NCBI RefSeq assembly: GCF_000155895.1
Contig: NZ_DS995298.1
Location: 1,260,001 to 1,292,000, forward strand
DNA length: 32,000 nt
Reading direction: 5' to 3'
Source: Candidatus Pelagibacter sp. HTCC7211
Lineage (GTDB): Bacteria; Pseudomonadota; Alphaproteobacteria; Pelagibacterales; Pelagibacteraceae
Every line of letters begins with the position of its first letter. Within the stretch, counting starts at the first letter, position 1. This document shows, piece by piece, positions 1 to 8,207 of this stretch. Below the pieces are notes generated by a model. That model was not told the DNA's origin. It ran no database searches and saw only the letters and a program-made list of their open reading frames with translations. A program made the translations under genes and the position numbers.

Positions 1-1
1 A

Positions 2-112
2 AGGGCCCTTGAAAGCGGAAAAACTGCATGTATCAATGTTAAAGCTAAAGGTGTCATTAGTCCAATTGTTGCTGCTGTTAGTGATAAAAGAGATAAGGCG
101 TCGATTGAATAA
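2..112 (+). CDS. 3' end of an unidentified CDS entering from upstream of the window
   Basis: Frame 2 is open from the window edge to TAA at 110-112 (...GKTACINVKAKGVISPIVAAVSDKRDKASIE*). It stops 4 nt before the ATG at 117, which fits the tight spacing seen elsewhere. Thirty-six residues are too few to assign a family. Confidence 0.35.
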   Translation, partial: RALESGKTACINVKAKGVISPIVAAVSDKRDKASIE

Positions 113-116
113 ATTT

Positions 117-452
117 ATGGCGACTTTATCTTCTCACCTACTTAATTCAGTAAATGGAACACATGCAAGTGGTGTTAAAGTAATTATTAATCAAATAAGC
201 GTATCTGGAGAGAAAAAAATATTTTTTGAAACCGAAACTGATAGTGGAGGAAGAATTTTAAAAGATTTTGAACTCTCAAAAGAAGACTGTGATTGTGAAT
301 ATGAAATGGTATGTAAAACTTCAGATTATTTTTCTGAAAAAAAAATTGTTTCTGAAATAGTTATCAAATTTAAAATGGAAGATCCTGAAAAAAAATATCA
401 CTTGCCAATTATTATATCACCTAATAGTTACTCTATTTGGTGGTCTCAATAA
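117..452 (+). CDS. Transthyretin-like / 5-hydroxyisourate hydrolase family protein (111 aa) with a non-canonical C-terminus
   Basis: From ATG 117 the protein begins MATLSSHLLNSVNGTHASGV, the canonical M-x-LSTHVLD-x3-G-x-PA-x-G start of the family. Near the end it has YHLPIIISPNSYS (family YHVPLLLSP-x-YS). The track ORF start at 9 is a TTG giving an implausible 36-aa extension. Confidence 0.7.
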   Translation: MATLSSHLLNSVNGTHASGVKVIINQISVSGEKKIFFETETDSGGRILKDFELSKEDCDCEYEMVCKTSDYFSEKKIVSEIVIKFKMEDPEKKYHLPIIISPNSYSIWWSQ

Positions 453-474
453 CAACTAAAAAATAAAATTTTTT

Positions 475-1620
475 ATGTCAAAAAATATAAAATTAAATAT
501 GTCTAGAAGAATAAGAAGAACTCCTTATACAAATAGAGTTGAACAACATGGAGTTTCAGATTTTACAGTAGTAAACCATATGCTTTTACCAAAAGGTTTC
601 AAAAATACTGTTGAAGAAGATTATTTACATCTAAGTAAAGAGGTTCAGATGTGGGATGTTTCTTGTCAGAGACAAGTTCAAATTTGTGGTCCAGATGCTG
701 CTAAACTAATTCAAAAATTAACACCTCGTTCAATAAAAGATATGACAATAGGTAAATGTTTTTATATCCCAATGCTTAACGAGAATGCTGGAATGATAAA
801 TGATCCAGTTTTACTCAAATTAGATGATGATATGTTTTGGATATCAATTGCAGACTCTGATATTTTGTTGTGGGCCAAAGGATTGGCGTTAGGTTTAAAC
901 TTAAATGTAGTGATTGAAGAGCCAGATGTTTATCCATTGGCAATACAAGGACCAAAATCAGAAGAATTAATGGTTTCAATATTTGGAGATGAAATTAAAA
1001 AGATTAAATTTTTTAATTTCAGAGTGATAGACTTTGAGGGGACAAAACAAATTATTGCAAGATCTGGATACAGTAAACAAGACGGTTTTGAAATTTATTT
1101 TAAAGTTCATGAAAACTATTTTGATAAAGTTGAAATGGGTGAAAAACTTTGGGATACCATTTGGGAAGCAGGTAAAAAATTTAATATTTCTCCAGGTTGT
1201 CCAAACCTAATTGACAGAATTGAAGCTGGGCTAATGTCATATGGAAACGATTTTACTGGTGAGAATAACCCTTTAGAGTGCAACCTAGAAAAGTATTGTA
1301 AAGCAGATGCTTCTCATGACTTTGTTGGCAAACAAGCTCTAACAAAAATTCAAAGTGAAGGCATAATACAAAAAATGAGGGGCATTATCTTTGATGGTGC
1401 TCCTTGTGCAGCAACTGGACAACCTTTAAAAATATTTTCAAAGGACAATAAAAGAATTGGACAAATAACATCTGGTATTTTCTCTCCTAGAATTAAAAAA
1501 AATATTGGTTTATCAATGATTTTAAAAGATTATTGGAACGTAGGTAACGAAGTCATTATTGAAACTCTTGATGGTGAAAAAAGAAATGGGACGATAACAT
1601 CTTTGCCATTTCCAGATTAA
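475..1620 (+). CDS. dmdA: GcvT-family aminomethyltransferase, DMSP demethylase (DmdA)-like
   Basis: 381 aa. N-terminal SRRIRRTPYTNRVEQHGV...FTVVNHMLLP, then EEDYLHLSKEVQMWDVSCQRQVQICGPDA, PLAIQGPKS and ARSGYSKQDGFEIYF. These run colinear with DmdA of Pelagibacter and Ruegeria as I recall them. ATG start. Confidence 0.6.
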   Translation: MSKNIKLNMSRRIRRTPYTNRVEQHGVSDFTVVNHMLLPKGFKNTVEEDYLHLSKEVQMWDVSCQRQVQICGPDAAKLIQKLTPRSIKDMTIGKCFYIPMLNENAGMINDPVLLKLDDDMFWISIADSDILLWAKGLALGLNLNVVIEEPDVYPLAIQGPKSEELMVSIFGDEIKKIKFFNFRVIDFEGTKQIIARSGYSKQDGFEIYFKVHENYFDKVEMGEKLWDTIWEAGKKFNISPGCPNLIDRIEAGLMSYGNDFTGENNPLECNLEKYCKADASHDFVGKQALTKIQSEGIIQKMRGIIFDGAPCAATGQPLKIFSKDNKRIGQITSGIFSPRIKKNIGLSMILKDYWNVGNEVIIETLDGEKRNGTITSLPFPD

Positions 1621-1639
1621 ATAGCTATATATACCCATT

Positions 1640-2761
1640 ATGTTTAGAGCAGTTATAGCGGGTTATTCAAGATCTCCTTTCACAATGGCAAGAAAAGGTG
1701 AATTGATTGACGTAAAACCTGTAAATTTACTTGCTGAAGTTGTTAGTAATCTTGTTTCTAAAACTAAAATTAATAAAAAAGAAATAGAAGACATTATAGT
1801 TGGATGTGCCTTTCAAACAGGTGAACAATGTTTCAATATTGGTAAATTAGTAACTTTTCTAACTGATATGGATATTAAAACATCTGGCATGACAGTAGAC
1901 AGATGGTGCGGATCATCCATGGAAGGTATTCATATAGCTGCAGGAAAAATAGCTATGGGATCTGGAAAAGTTTTTATTTGTGGTGGAGTTGAAAGTATGA
2001 CCAGAGTAACTACTGGTTTTGATGCTATACCATACCCTTTTGCTGAAAAAGAAAATCCCAATGTTTATTTTTCAATGGGTACCACTGCAGAAAATGTTGC
2101 TAAACAATATTCTATTTCAAGAGCTGAACAACAAGAATTTGCAATATCAAGTCATCAAAAAGCATCTAAAGCACAATCAAAAGGAAATTTTGATAATGAG
2201 ATTGTTGCTATTGGAAAATGTTCACAAGATAGCAATATCAGACCAAACAGTAATCAAGAAAAATTAGATGGATTAAAATTAGCGTTTGATCAAAATGGGA
2301 CTGTTACAGCTGCAACATCCTCACCACTTACAGATGGAGCTGCTGCTACACTTATATGTGAAGAACAATATGCAAAAAATAATAATTTAGAAATACTAGC
2401 AAGAATTGTATCGACAGCAGTTCAAGGGTGTAAAGCTGATACAATGGGTTTAGGTCCTATTGGTGCATCTCAAAAAGCACTGACAAGAGCTAAATTAACA
2501 ATGAAGGATATTGATATTGTAGAAATAAATGAAGCATTCGCATCTCAATCATTGGCATGCATTAAAGATTTAGAAATAGACACACATAAAATTAATATAG
2601 ATGGTGGTGCGTTAGCGCTAGGTCATCCTCTAGGTGCAACTGGAGCAAGGATCACTGGGAAAGCAGCTCAGCTTTTAAAAAGAGAAAATAAAAAATACGC
2701 CCTAGCTACACAGTGTATTGGGCTTGGAATGGGTATTGCAACAATTATTGAGTCTGTATAA
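1640..2761 (+). CDS. Thiolase (3-ketoacyl-CoA thiolase / acetyl-CoA C-acyltransferase)
   Basis: 373 aa. Nucleophile motif DRWCGSSMEG, then NEAFASQ, GGALALGHPLGATGARI and C-terminal CIGLGMGIA. Confidence 0.85.
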   Translation: MFRAVIAGYSRSPFTMARKGELIDVKPVNLLAEVVSNLVSKTKINKKEIEDIIVGCAFQTGEQCFNIGKLVTFLTDMDIKTSGMTVDRWCGSSMEGIHIAAGKIAMGSGKVFICGGVESMTRVTTGFDAIPYPFAEKENPNVYFSMGTTAENVAKQYSISRAEQQEFAISSHQKASKAQSKGNFDNEIVAIGKCSQDSNIRPNSNQEKLDGLKLAFDQNGTVTAATSSPLTDGAAATLICEEQYAKNNNLEILARIVSTAVQGCKADTMGLGPIGASQKALTRAKLTMKDIDIVEINEAFASQSLACIKDLEIDTHKINIDGGALALGHPLGATGARITGKAAQLLKRENKKYALATQCIGLGMGIATIIESV

Positions 2762-2772
2762 AAGATTGAAAC

Positions 2773-3651
2773 ATGCAACAATTACCATTCGATAAAAGAT
2801 CAGGAAAAATTTGGTTTAATAATGAATTATGTGATTGGCAGGATGCTCGAGTTCATATTATTAGTCATGGTATGCACTATGCTAGTTTAGTTTTTGAAGG
2901 CTTAAGAGTTTACAATACAAAAATTTTTAAATTAAAAGAACATACAGATAGACTTTTCAATTCTGCTAAAATTTTAGATATGAAAATTCCTTATTCATAT
3001 GATGAAATTATTGAGGCTACTGAAAAACTTGTCTCTGATCAAAATATTCAAAACGGATATATTAGACCTTTTGTTTGGAGAGGCAGTGAAATGATGGGGG
3101 TTTCTGCGCAGAATACTAAGATTAATGTAGCTATAGCAATATGGGATTGGCCAACATACTTCAATGCTGAATTAAAGTTAAAAGGTATTAAATTAAATAT
3201 TTCTAAGTGGCAAAGGCCACCTCAAAATTCATCACCTTGGGAGAGTAAAGCTGCTGGTTTATATATGATTTGCACACTTTCTAAGCATCAAGCTGAAAAA
3301 GATGGGTTCACAGACTCGTTGATGTTGGATCATGAAGGCAACATAGCTGAAGCTACAAGTGCTAATATTTTTTTTAAAGATGAAAATAATGAATTACATA
3401 CACCAATTCCAGACTCATTTTTAGATGGTATCACTAGAAAAACTGTTATTGATTTAGCAAAATCAAAAAATATTAAAATAATAGAAAGAAAAATTTCTCC
3501 TAAAGAAATTTCTAGTTTTAAAGGATGTTTTATCACAGGTACAGCAGCAGAGATTACACCTGTTGGAAGTATTCAAGATGATAAATTTGAAGTATGTGAT
3601 TTGATTAAAGATCTTTCTTCTAGTTATGAAAAATTAGTTGGAAAAAACTAG
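2773..3651 (+). CDS. ilvE: Branched-chain amino acid aminotransferase (PLP fold type IV)
   Basis: 292 aa. Motifs HYASLVFEGLRVY, IRPFVWRG, EATSANIFF, DGITRKTVI and ITGTAAEITPV. Confidence 0.8.
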   Translation: MQQLPFDKRSGKIWFNNELCDWQDARVHIISHGMHYASLVFEGLRVYNTKIFKLKEHTDRLFNSAKILDMKIPYSYDEIIEATEKLVSDQNIQNGYIRPFVWRGSEMMGVSAQNTKINVAIAIWDWPTYFNAELKLKGIKLNISKWQRPPQNSSPWESKAAGLYMICTLSKHQAEKDGFTDSLMLDHEGNIAEATSANIFFKDENNELHTPIPDSFLDGITRKTVIDLAKSKNIKIIERKISPKEISSFKGCFITGTAAEITPVGSIQDDKFEVCDLIKDLSSSYEKLVGKN

Positions 3652-3653
3652 AA

Positions 3654-4508
3654 CTATCTATTAATTCCTCTTAGTCTTTCAGACCTTCTTCTTAAAAGTT
3701 CTGCGGTAACCAGAATTAAAGTGGACATTACAATTAAACATGTTGCAACTGCCATTATTGTTGGGCTTAATTGTTCTCTTAATCCTACCCACATTTGAAT
3801 CGGGATAGTAGTATTTTCTAATCCAGCTAAGAATAATACAACTACAACTTCATCAAACGATGTCACAAATGCAAATAGTGCACCAGAAATTACGCCAGGC
3901 ATAATTAAAGGCAGTGTTATTTTCATAAATGTATTTACAGGATTACTTCCTAAACTTGCTGCAGCTCTTGTTACACTATGGTCAAAACCAGATAAAGTTG
4001 CTGTAACTGTAATTACAACAAACGGAGTTCCTAAAATTATATGTGATAAAACAATACCGGTATGTGTTGCAGCTAATCCTACTTTTGCCATAAAGAAAAA
4101 GATTGCAGTACCAGAAATAATTAATGGAACAATCATCGGTGAAATCAACAAAGCCATGAAAGCTGCTTTATAAGGCATGTGTCTACTACTCAAACCAAGG
4201 GCGGCTACTGTTCCAAGAATTGTTGATCCAATTGTAGCGAAGAAAGCTATAATTAAACTATTCTTTGTTGCTAATCCCCAGGGGTTTTTTGTTCCAAAAA
4301 TCATATCTTCATACCATCTTAATGAAAAACCTTCTGGATCAAGTGCTAACATTTTTGCAGAAAAGTGAATGTATTGCTCAGCGTTAAATGAAAGTGGCAA
4401 AATTACAAACAATGGAGCAATTAAAAAAAAGAATACTAGACCGCAAAATGTCAAATAAGTGTAATGCCAAATTCTATAATTTAAAGGTGTATGATTTGGT
4501 AAAGCCAT
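3654..4508 (-). CDS. ABC transporter permease, PotC-like
   Basis: 284 aa with about six hydrophobic spans. EAA-loop-like AAASLGSNPVNTFMKITLPLIMPG. Its ATG lies 3 nt after the stop of the upstream permease. Confidence 0.8.
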   Translation of the reverse strand: MALPNHTPLNYRIWHYTYLTFCGLVFFFLIAPLFVILPLSFNAEQYIHFSAKMLALDPEGFSLRWYEDMIFGTKNPWGLATKNSLIIAFFATIGSTILGTVAALGLSSRHMPYKAAFMALLISPMIVPLIISGTAIFFFMAKVGLAATHTGIVLSHIILGTPFVVITVTATLSGFDHSVTRAAASLGSNPVNTFMKITLPLIMPGVISGALFAFVTSFDEVVVVLFLAGLENTTIPIQMWVGLREQLSPTIMAVATCLIVMSTLILVTAELLRRRSERLRGINR

Positions 4509-4511
4509 AAA

Positions 4512-5759
4512 TTATCCTAACTTAATATTATCTATTCCAACTAGTTTATTATAAACCCAATAAATTGCTAAAACCCCTACTAACAGCATTGTTCCAAGTG
4601 CAGATGCAAAAGCCCAGTCTAAAGAACTTTTCATATGATATGCAATAGTATTACTAATTAGCGATCCACTTGCACCTCCAACTAGTGCAGGTGTAATGTA
4701 ATAACCTATAGCTAAAATAAATACCAATAAACATCCAGCACCAATACCTGGAATAGTTAAGGGAAAATAAATTTTTACAAAAGATACTAGTGGTGTTCCA
4801 CCTAATGATTTACCTGCTCTCATCAAACTTGGAGATATAGTTTTCATCACACTGTACAAAGGTAAAACCATAAAAGGTAATAATATTTGTGTCATAGCAA
4901 CAAATGTACCAATAACATTGTACATGAGCTCGGGCCTATTATCGTCTGCAGCTAGGCCAAGCCAAACAATCAAGTCATTAATGGGTCCCTGCTGTTGAAG
5001 TAAAACCATCCAGCTAGAAGTTCTAACTAATAATGATGTCCAAAAAGGAAGTAGAACACAAATCATTAACAAATTACTGTATTTCATGGGTAAAGTTGCT
5101 AGTAAATGTGAAATTGGGTAAGCAAGAATAAAACAAAAAAGAGTAACCCAAAAAGCTACGTTTATTGTTCTCATCCACAAAATTTTATAAATTCTTCTGT
5201 CTTCCTCTACCTGAACTATGTTTTTATCCTGATCAAATCTCATATCCACACCCTTTAGATATTTTGCATATGACCAATTGGGAGCTGCATTTCTTAAAGC
5301 AACTAAATATTCGGGCTGACCCCATCTTTTATGAATTTTAATGAATTGTTCTTTATAATTACCTTCTTCTATCTTCTTTAATTTTCTAACAGTTTTTTTA
5401 ATTAAACTACTAAAACCAGATTTTTCATAATTTAATCTTGCAATAATTTTTCCATAAGTTTTATTTTCTTTTAAATATTTTAAATCTTCATATATAGCCT
5501 TATAGACAGGCTCATCCGGTAAATCTTGTCCATCCCAACTTTCCATAGCTTTAAATGTTTTAGGAAGCATTTTTGTGATCATACGATCATCAACACTTCT
5601 AAATAGCATATCTCCAATTGGAAAGACGTAAATAATAAGTAGAAATAAAAAAAGTGGAGCTACTAGTAAAACTGCCTTAAGCTTATTTTTTCTTTCTGCT
5701 TTTTTAAGGCTTTGCTCAAGAGGTATTCCGTCAGATGATAAAATTTGATCTTGGCTCAT
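4512..5759 (-). CDS. ABC transporter permease, PotB-like, with a large extra periplasmic loop
   Basis: 415 aa. TM1 covers about residues 27-50. A hydrophilic stretch of about 140 aa follows before the core BPD_transp-type domain with RAGKSLGGTPLVSFVKIYFPLTIPG. Confidence 0.8.
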   Translation of the reverse strand: MSQDQILSSDGIPLEQSLKKAERKNKLKAVLLVAPLFLFLLIIYVFPIGDMLFRSVDDRMITKMLPKTFKAMESWDGQDLPDEPVYKAIYEDLKYLKENKTYGKIIARLNYEKSGFSSLIKKTVRKLKKIEEGNYKEQFIKIHKRWGQPEYLVALRNAAPNWSYAKYLKGVDMRFDQDKNIVQVEEDRRIYKILWMRTINVAFWVTLFCFILAYPISHLLATLPMKYSNLLMICVLLPFWTSLLVRTSSWMVLLQQQGPINDLIVWLGLAADDNRPELMYNVIGTFVAMTQILLPFMVLPLYSVMKTISPSLMRAGKSLGGTPLVSFVKIYFPLTIPGIGAGCLLVFILAIGYYITPALVGGASGSLISNTIAYHMKSSLDWAFASALGTMLLVGVLAIYWVYNKLVGIDNIKLG

Positions 5760-5761
5760 AA

Positions 5762-5795
5762 TAAAAAAAGGGCAGTTATAAATAACTGCCCTTTT
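5762..5795 (-). terminator. Rho-independent terminator/attenuator between the binding-protein and permease genes
   Basis: The minus strand reads AAAAGGGCAGTTA-TTTA-TAACTGCCCTTTTTTTAT. That is a 12-bp stem (5767-5778 / 5783-5794) with a 4-nt loop, followed by a T7 run. Confidence 0.6.
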
Positions 5796-5829
5796 AATAT
5801 AGTATAAAAAACTATTCTATAAAACTAAA

Positions 5830-6957
5830 TTATAGACCAGCTTTCATTGCTTCCCATTTCTCATTAATCTCATCCTGGTTATCTGCCCAGTAATCAGGGT
5901 TCATAAGAATGTGGCTTTTTAAGTTTGATGGAGCTGTTGGCATATGTGGTACCATGTTAGTTTTACCATCTTTAAACCAAGGCTCTCCAGCTTCCATAAT
6001 AGCAATTGAAGATTTTCTCCAAGGAGCGTAAGCAATATACTTAGCACTTCCTGCTAAACCTTCTGTACTAGTCATTTCAGCAAGTACTTTCATAGCACTA
6101 CCGTCAGCATAGCCAGGACCATCTTTAACTAATGCAAAATATTCATAGTCAAGAATTTGAGCGTCCCAAACTTGTACAAGTGGAGTTCCCTCCATTTGTG
6201 CATTAAAGAATCTGCCGTTCCAACCTGTAGCCATTACTACTTCACCATTAGCTAATAGTTCTGGTGGTTGAGCTCCCGCATTCCAAAATACACATCCACC
6301 GTTAGGATCTGTACAAAGTTTTTTAATTTTAGCTAAAGCTCTGTCTATACCAGCACCTTCCATTTTTCTGTAAAGTAAGTCACCACCAGCTTGCGCTCCG
6401 CTAGCTTTAACTCCATCAGCAACTAATGCGATCTCTAAGTTAGACATTGCACCTTTGTAAATTGCTCTTTTACCTGGAAACTTTTTAGTATTAAAAAAAT
6501 CTTTGATTGATTTTGGTTTTTTATCTCCAATTTTTGCATCATTGTAAGCAAAGTTCCAAGAGTACAAGATGTTTCCAACAGCACACTTAGACGGCATGCT
6601 TGTAAAGAAATCTTGACTTGCTGGCGTTCCATCTGGAGCCGGCAAGAAGTCTTTGTCAAAATCAAATTCGTGGAAAATTCCTTCGTCACATCCAATGATT
6701 GTATCTTTTGCATATACATCCATGATGTCCCAAGTAATTGCTCCAGCTTCTTTTTGAGCTTTAATCTCTGATAATCCACCAGTGTAGTCTACCCAATTAA
6801 CAGGTATTCCTAATTTTGCAGCTGTAGGATCACCATACCCTAATTTTTGTGACTCTGTGTAAGCTCCACCCCAAGACACTACAGTAACTGCAAATGCTGA
6901 AGTTGTTACAGAAAGTACAAAAGAAAGAGCAAGTAATAATTTACTTAATTTTTTCAT
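5830..6957 (-). CDS. Periplasmic substrate-binding protein of a PotD/PotF-type ABC importer
   Basis: 375 aa. Signal peptide MKKLSKLLLALSFVLSVTTSAFA|VT. A mature region starting VVSWGGAY is typical of family-1/polyamine-type SBPs. AGGAG sits 8 nt upstream of the ATG. Confidence 0.75.
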   Translation of the reverse strand: MKKLSKLLLALSFVLSVTTSAFAVTVVSWGGAYTESQKLGYGDPTAAKLGIPVNWVDYTGGLSEIKAQKEAGAITWDIMDVYAKDTIIGCDEGIFHEFDFDKDFLPAPDGTPASQDFFTSMPSKCAVGNILYSWNFAYNDAKIGDKKPKSIKDFFNTKKFPGKRAIYKGAMSNLEIALVADGVKASGAQAGGDLLYRKMEGAGIDRALAKIKKLCTDPNGGCVFWNAGAQPPELLANGEVVMATGWNGRFFNAQMEGTPLVQVWDAQILDYEYFALVKDGPGYADGSAMKVLAEMTSTEGLAGSAKYIAYAPWRKSSIAIMEAGEPWFKDGKTNMVPHMPTAPSNLKSHILMNPDYWADNQDEINEKWEAMKAGL

Positions 6958-7001
6958 TTATTCTCCTATTTAACGTTAACGTTTAGTTTTTATAAAGCGA
7001 A

Positions 7002-7030
7002 AGTAAAACAAGATAGCAAAGCATAGTCAA
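7002..7030 (-). promoter_or_regulatory. Candidate internal sigma70-type promoter for the binding-protein gene
   Basis: The minus strand reads TTGACT (7030-7025), a 17-nt spacer, then TTTACT (7007-7002), upstream of the AACGTTAACGTT palindrome and the SD. The -10 is weak and the background is AT-rich, so support is low. Confidence 0.3.
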
Positions 7031-7054
7031 CAGTTGATTAATATTTGCTAAAGA

Positions 7055-7088
7055 TTAAGTATTTATTTGATATTTTAAGTATTTATTT
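7055..7088. repeat. 14-bp direct repeat TTAAGTATTTATTT x2, 20-bp period
   Basis: Exact copies at 7055-7068 and 7075-7088. The second copy overlaps the ATPase stop codon. Both lie just upstream of the candidate -35 on the minus strand. Confidence 0.7.
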
Positions 7089-8168
7089 AGGGTCTAATGC
7101 TCTGCAGTCAACACTGTTCCAACCGATATTTATCTCTTTACCTTCTTTAATATCCATCCTGTTTGAACTATTTGGAACTTTTAAGATAAATTGTTTGTTG
7201 CCAAGCAAATCAACTCTTAATCTCGTATGATCTCCATGATAAATTACCTCTTCAATTTTACCTTTGTGATTATTATCCATTTCTGACTCAGGATCTATTA
7301 GCGCTCTTTCAGGTCTTAGAGAAACTGTAGTCTTTTCCCCTTTTGATTTTGCAACAATTGGATTTGCTAAAATTTCTGTTCCTGAATTTAATTTAACTTT
7401 ACACTTATCCCCCGCTACATCTGACACCTCCCCAGCGAAAGTATTATTCTCACCAATAAATTCAGCTACAAAGGAATTGACAGGTCTTTCGTATAATTCA
7501 TCTGGACTTGAAAGCTGTTGAACTTTTCCATCATTAAAGACTGCAATTCTATTAGACATAGTTAAGGCTTCTGTTTGATCGTGCGTAACATATACAACTG
7601 TTACACCAATACTTTCGTGTATATGTTTAATTTCATATTGCATACTTTCTCTTAAATTTTTATCTAAGGCTCCTAAAGGTTCATCCATTAATACTAGTTT
7701 TGGGTCAAATACTAACGACCTTGCAACAGCTACTCTTTGTTGTTGACCACCCGACAATTGCATGGGCATTCTTGCTTCAAAACCTTGAAGGGAAACCATT
7801 GATAAAGCTTTATCAACTTTTTTATCAGCTTCATCTTTTGGAATTTTTCTAACTCTTAACGGAAATGCTAAATTTTCATAAACTGTCATATGTGGAAACA
7901 ATGCATAGTTTTGAAATACCATTCCTATGCCTCTTTTATGTGGAGGAATATCTGAAATGACTTTGTTGTCTAAATAAATTTGTCCATTAGTTGGTGTTTC
8001 AAAACCAGCCAACATCATTAAACAAGTTGTTTTACCTGATCCAGATGGTCCAAGCATTGTAACAAATTCACCTTCTTCAATATCTAGATTTAAACCCTTT
8101 ACGACAAGTTGTTTACCATCGTAACTTTTATCAACATTTTCAAATCTTACGAAGTGATCATTACCCAT
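7083..8168 (-). CDS. ABC transporter ATP-binding protein, PotA-like
   Basis: 361 aa. Walker A GPSGSGKTT, signature LSGGQQQRVAVARSL, Walker B LVLMDEPLGALD, H-loop VTHDQ, and a C-terminal TOBE-like domain. Confidence 0.85.
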   Translation of the reverse strand: MGNDHFVRFENVDKSYDGKQLVVKGLNLDIEEGEFVTMLGPSGSGKTTCLMMLAGFETPTNGQIYLDNKVISDIPPHKRGIGMVFQNYALFPHMTVYENLAFPLRVRKIPKDEADKKVDKALSMVSLQGFEARMPMQLSGGQQQRVAVARSLVFDPKLVLMDEPLGALDKNLRESMQYEIKHIHESIGVTVVYVTHDQTEALTMSNRIAVFNDGKVQQLSSPDELYERPVNSFVAEFIGENNTFAGEVSDVAGDKCKVKLNSGTEILANPIVAKSKGEKTTVSLRPERALIDPESEMDNNHKGKIEEVIYHGDHTRLRVDLLGNKQFILKVPNSSNRMDIKEGKEINIGWNSVDCRALDPK

Positions 8169-8207
8169 AAGACGTTAAAACATTAGTTAGATTGATAATC
8201 AAGCAAT

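Noticed and set aside
9-116. N-terminal 36-aa extension of the transthyretin-like ORF, from the TTG at 9
   Set aside because: The family's canonical N-terminus begins exactly at the ATG at 117. The extension has no signal-peptide cleavage site. A different frame is open from the window edge to a stop at 110-112, which fits the end of an upstream gene.
7055-7088. The direct repeats as a CRISPR or mobile-element remnant
   Set aside because: There are only two 14-bp copies with a 6-bp gap, no further repeat units, no cas genes or transposase, and no flanking inverted repeats. They are better explained as promoter-proximal sites.
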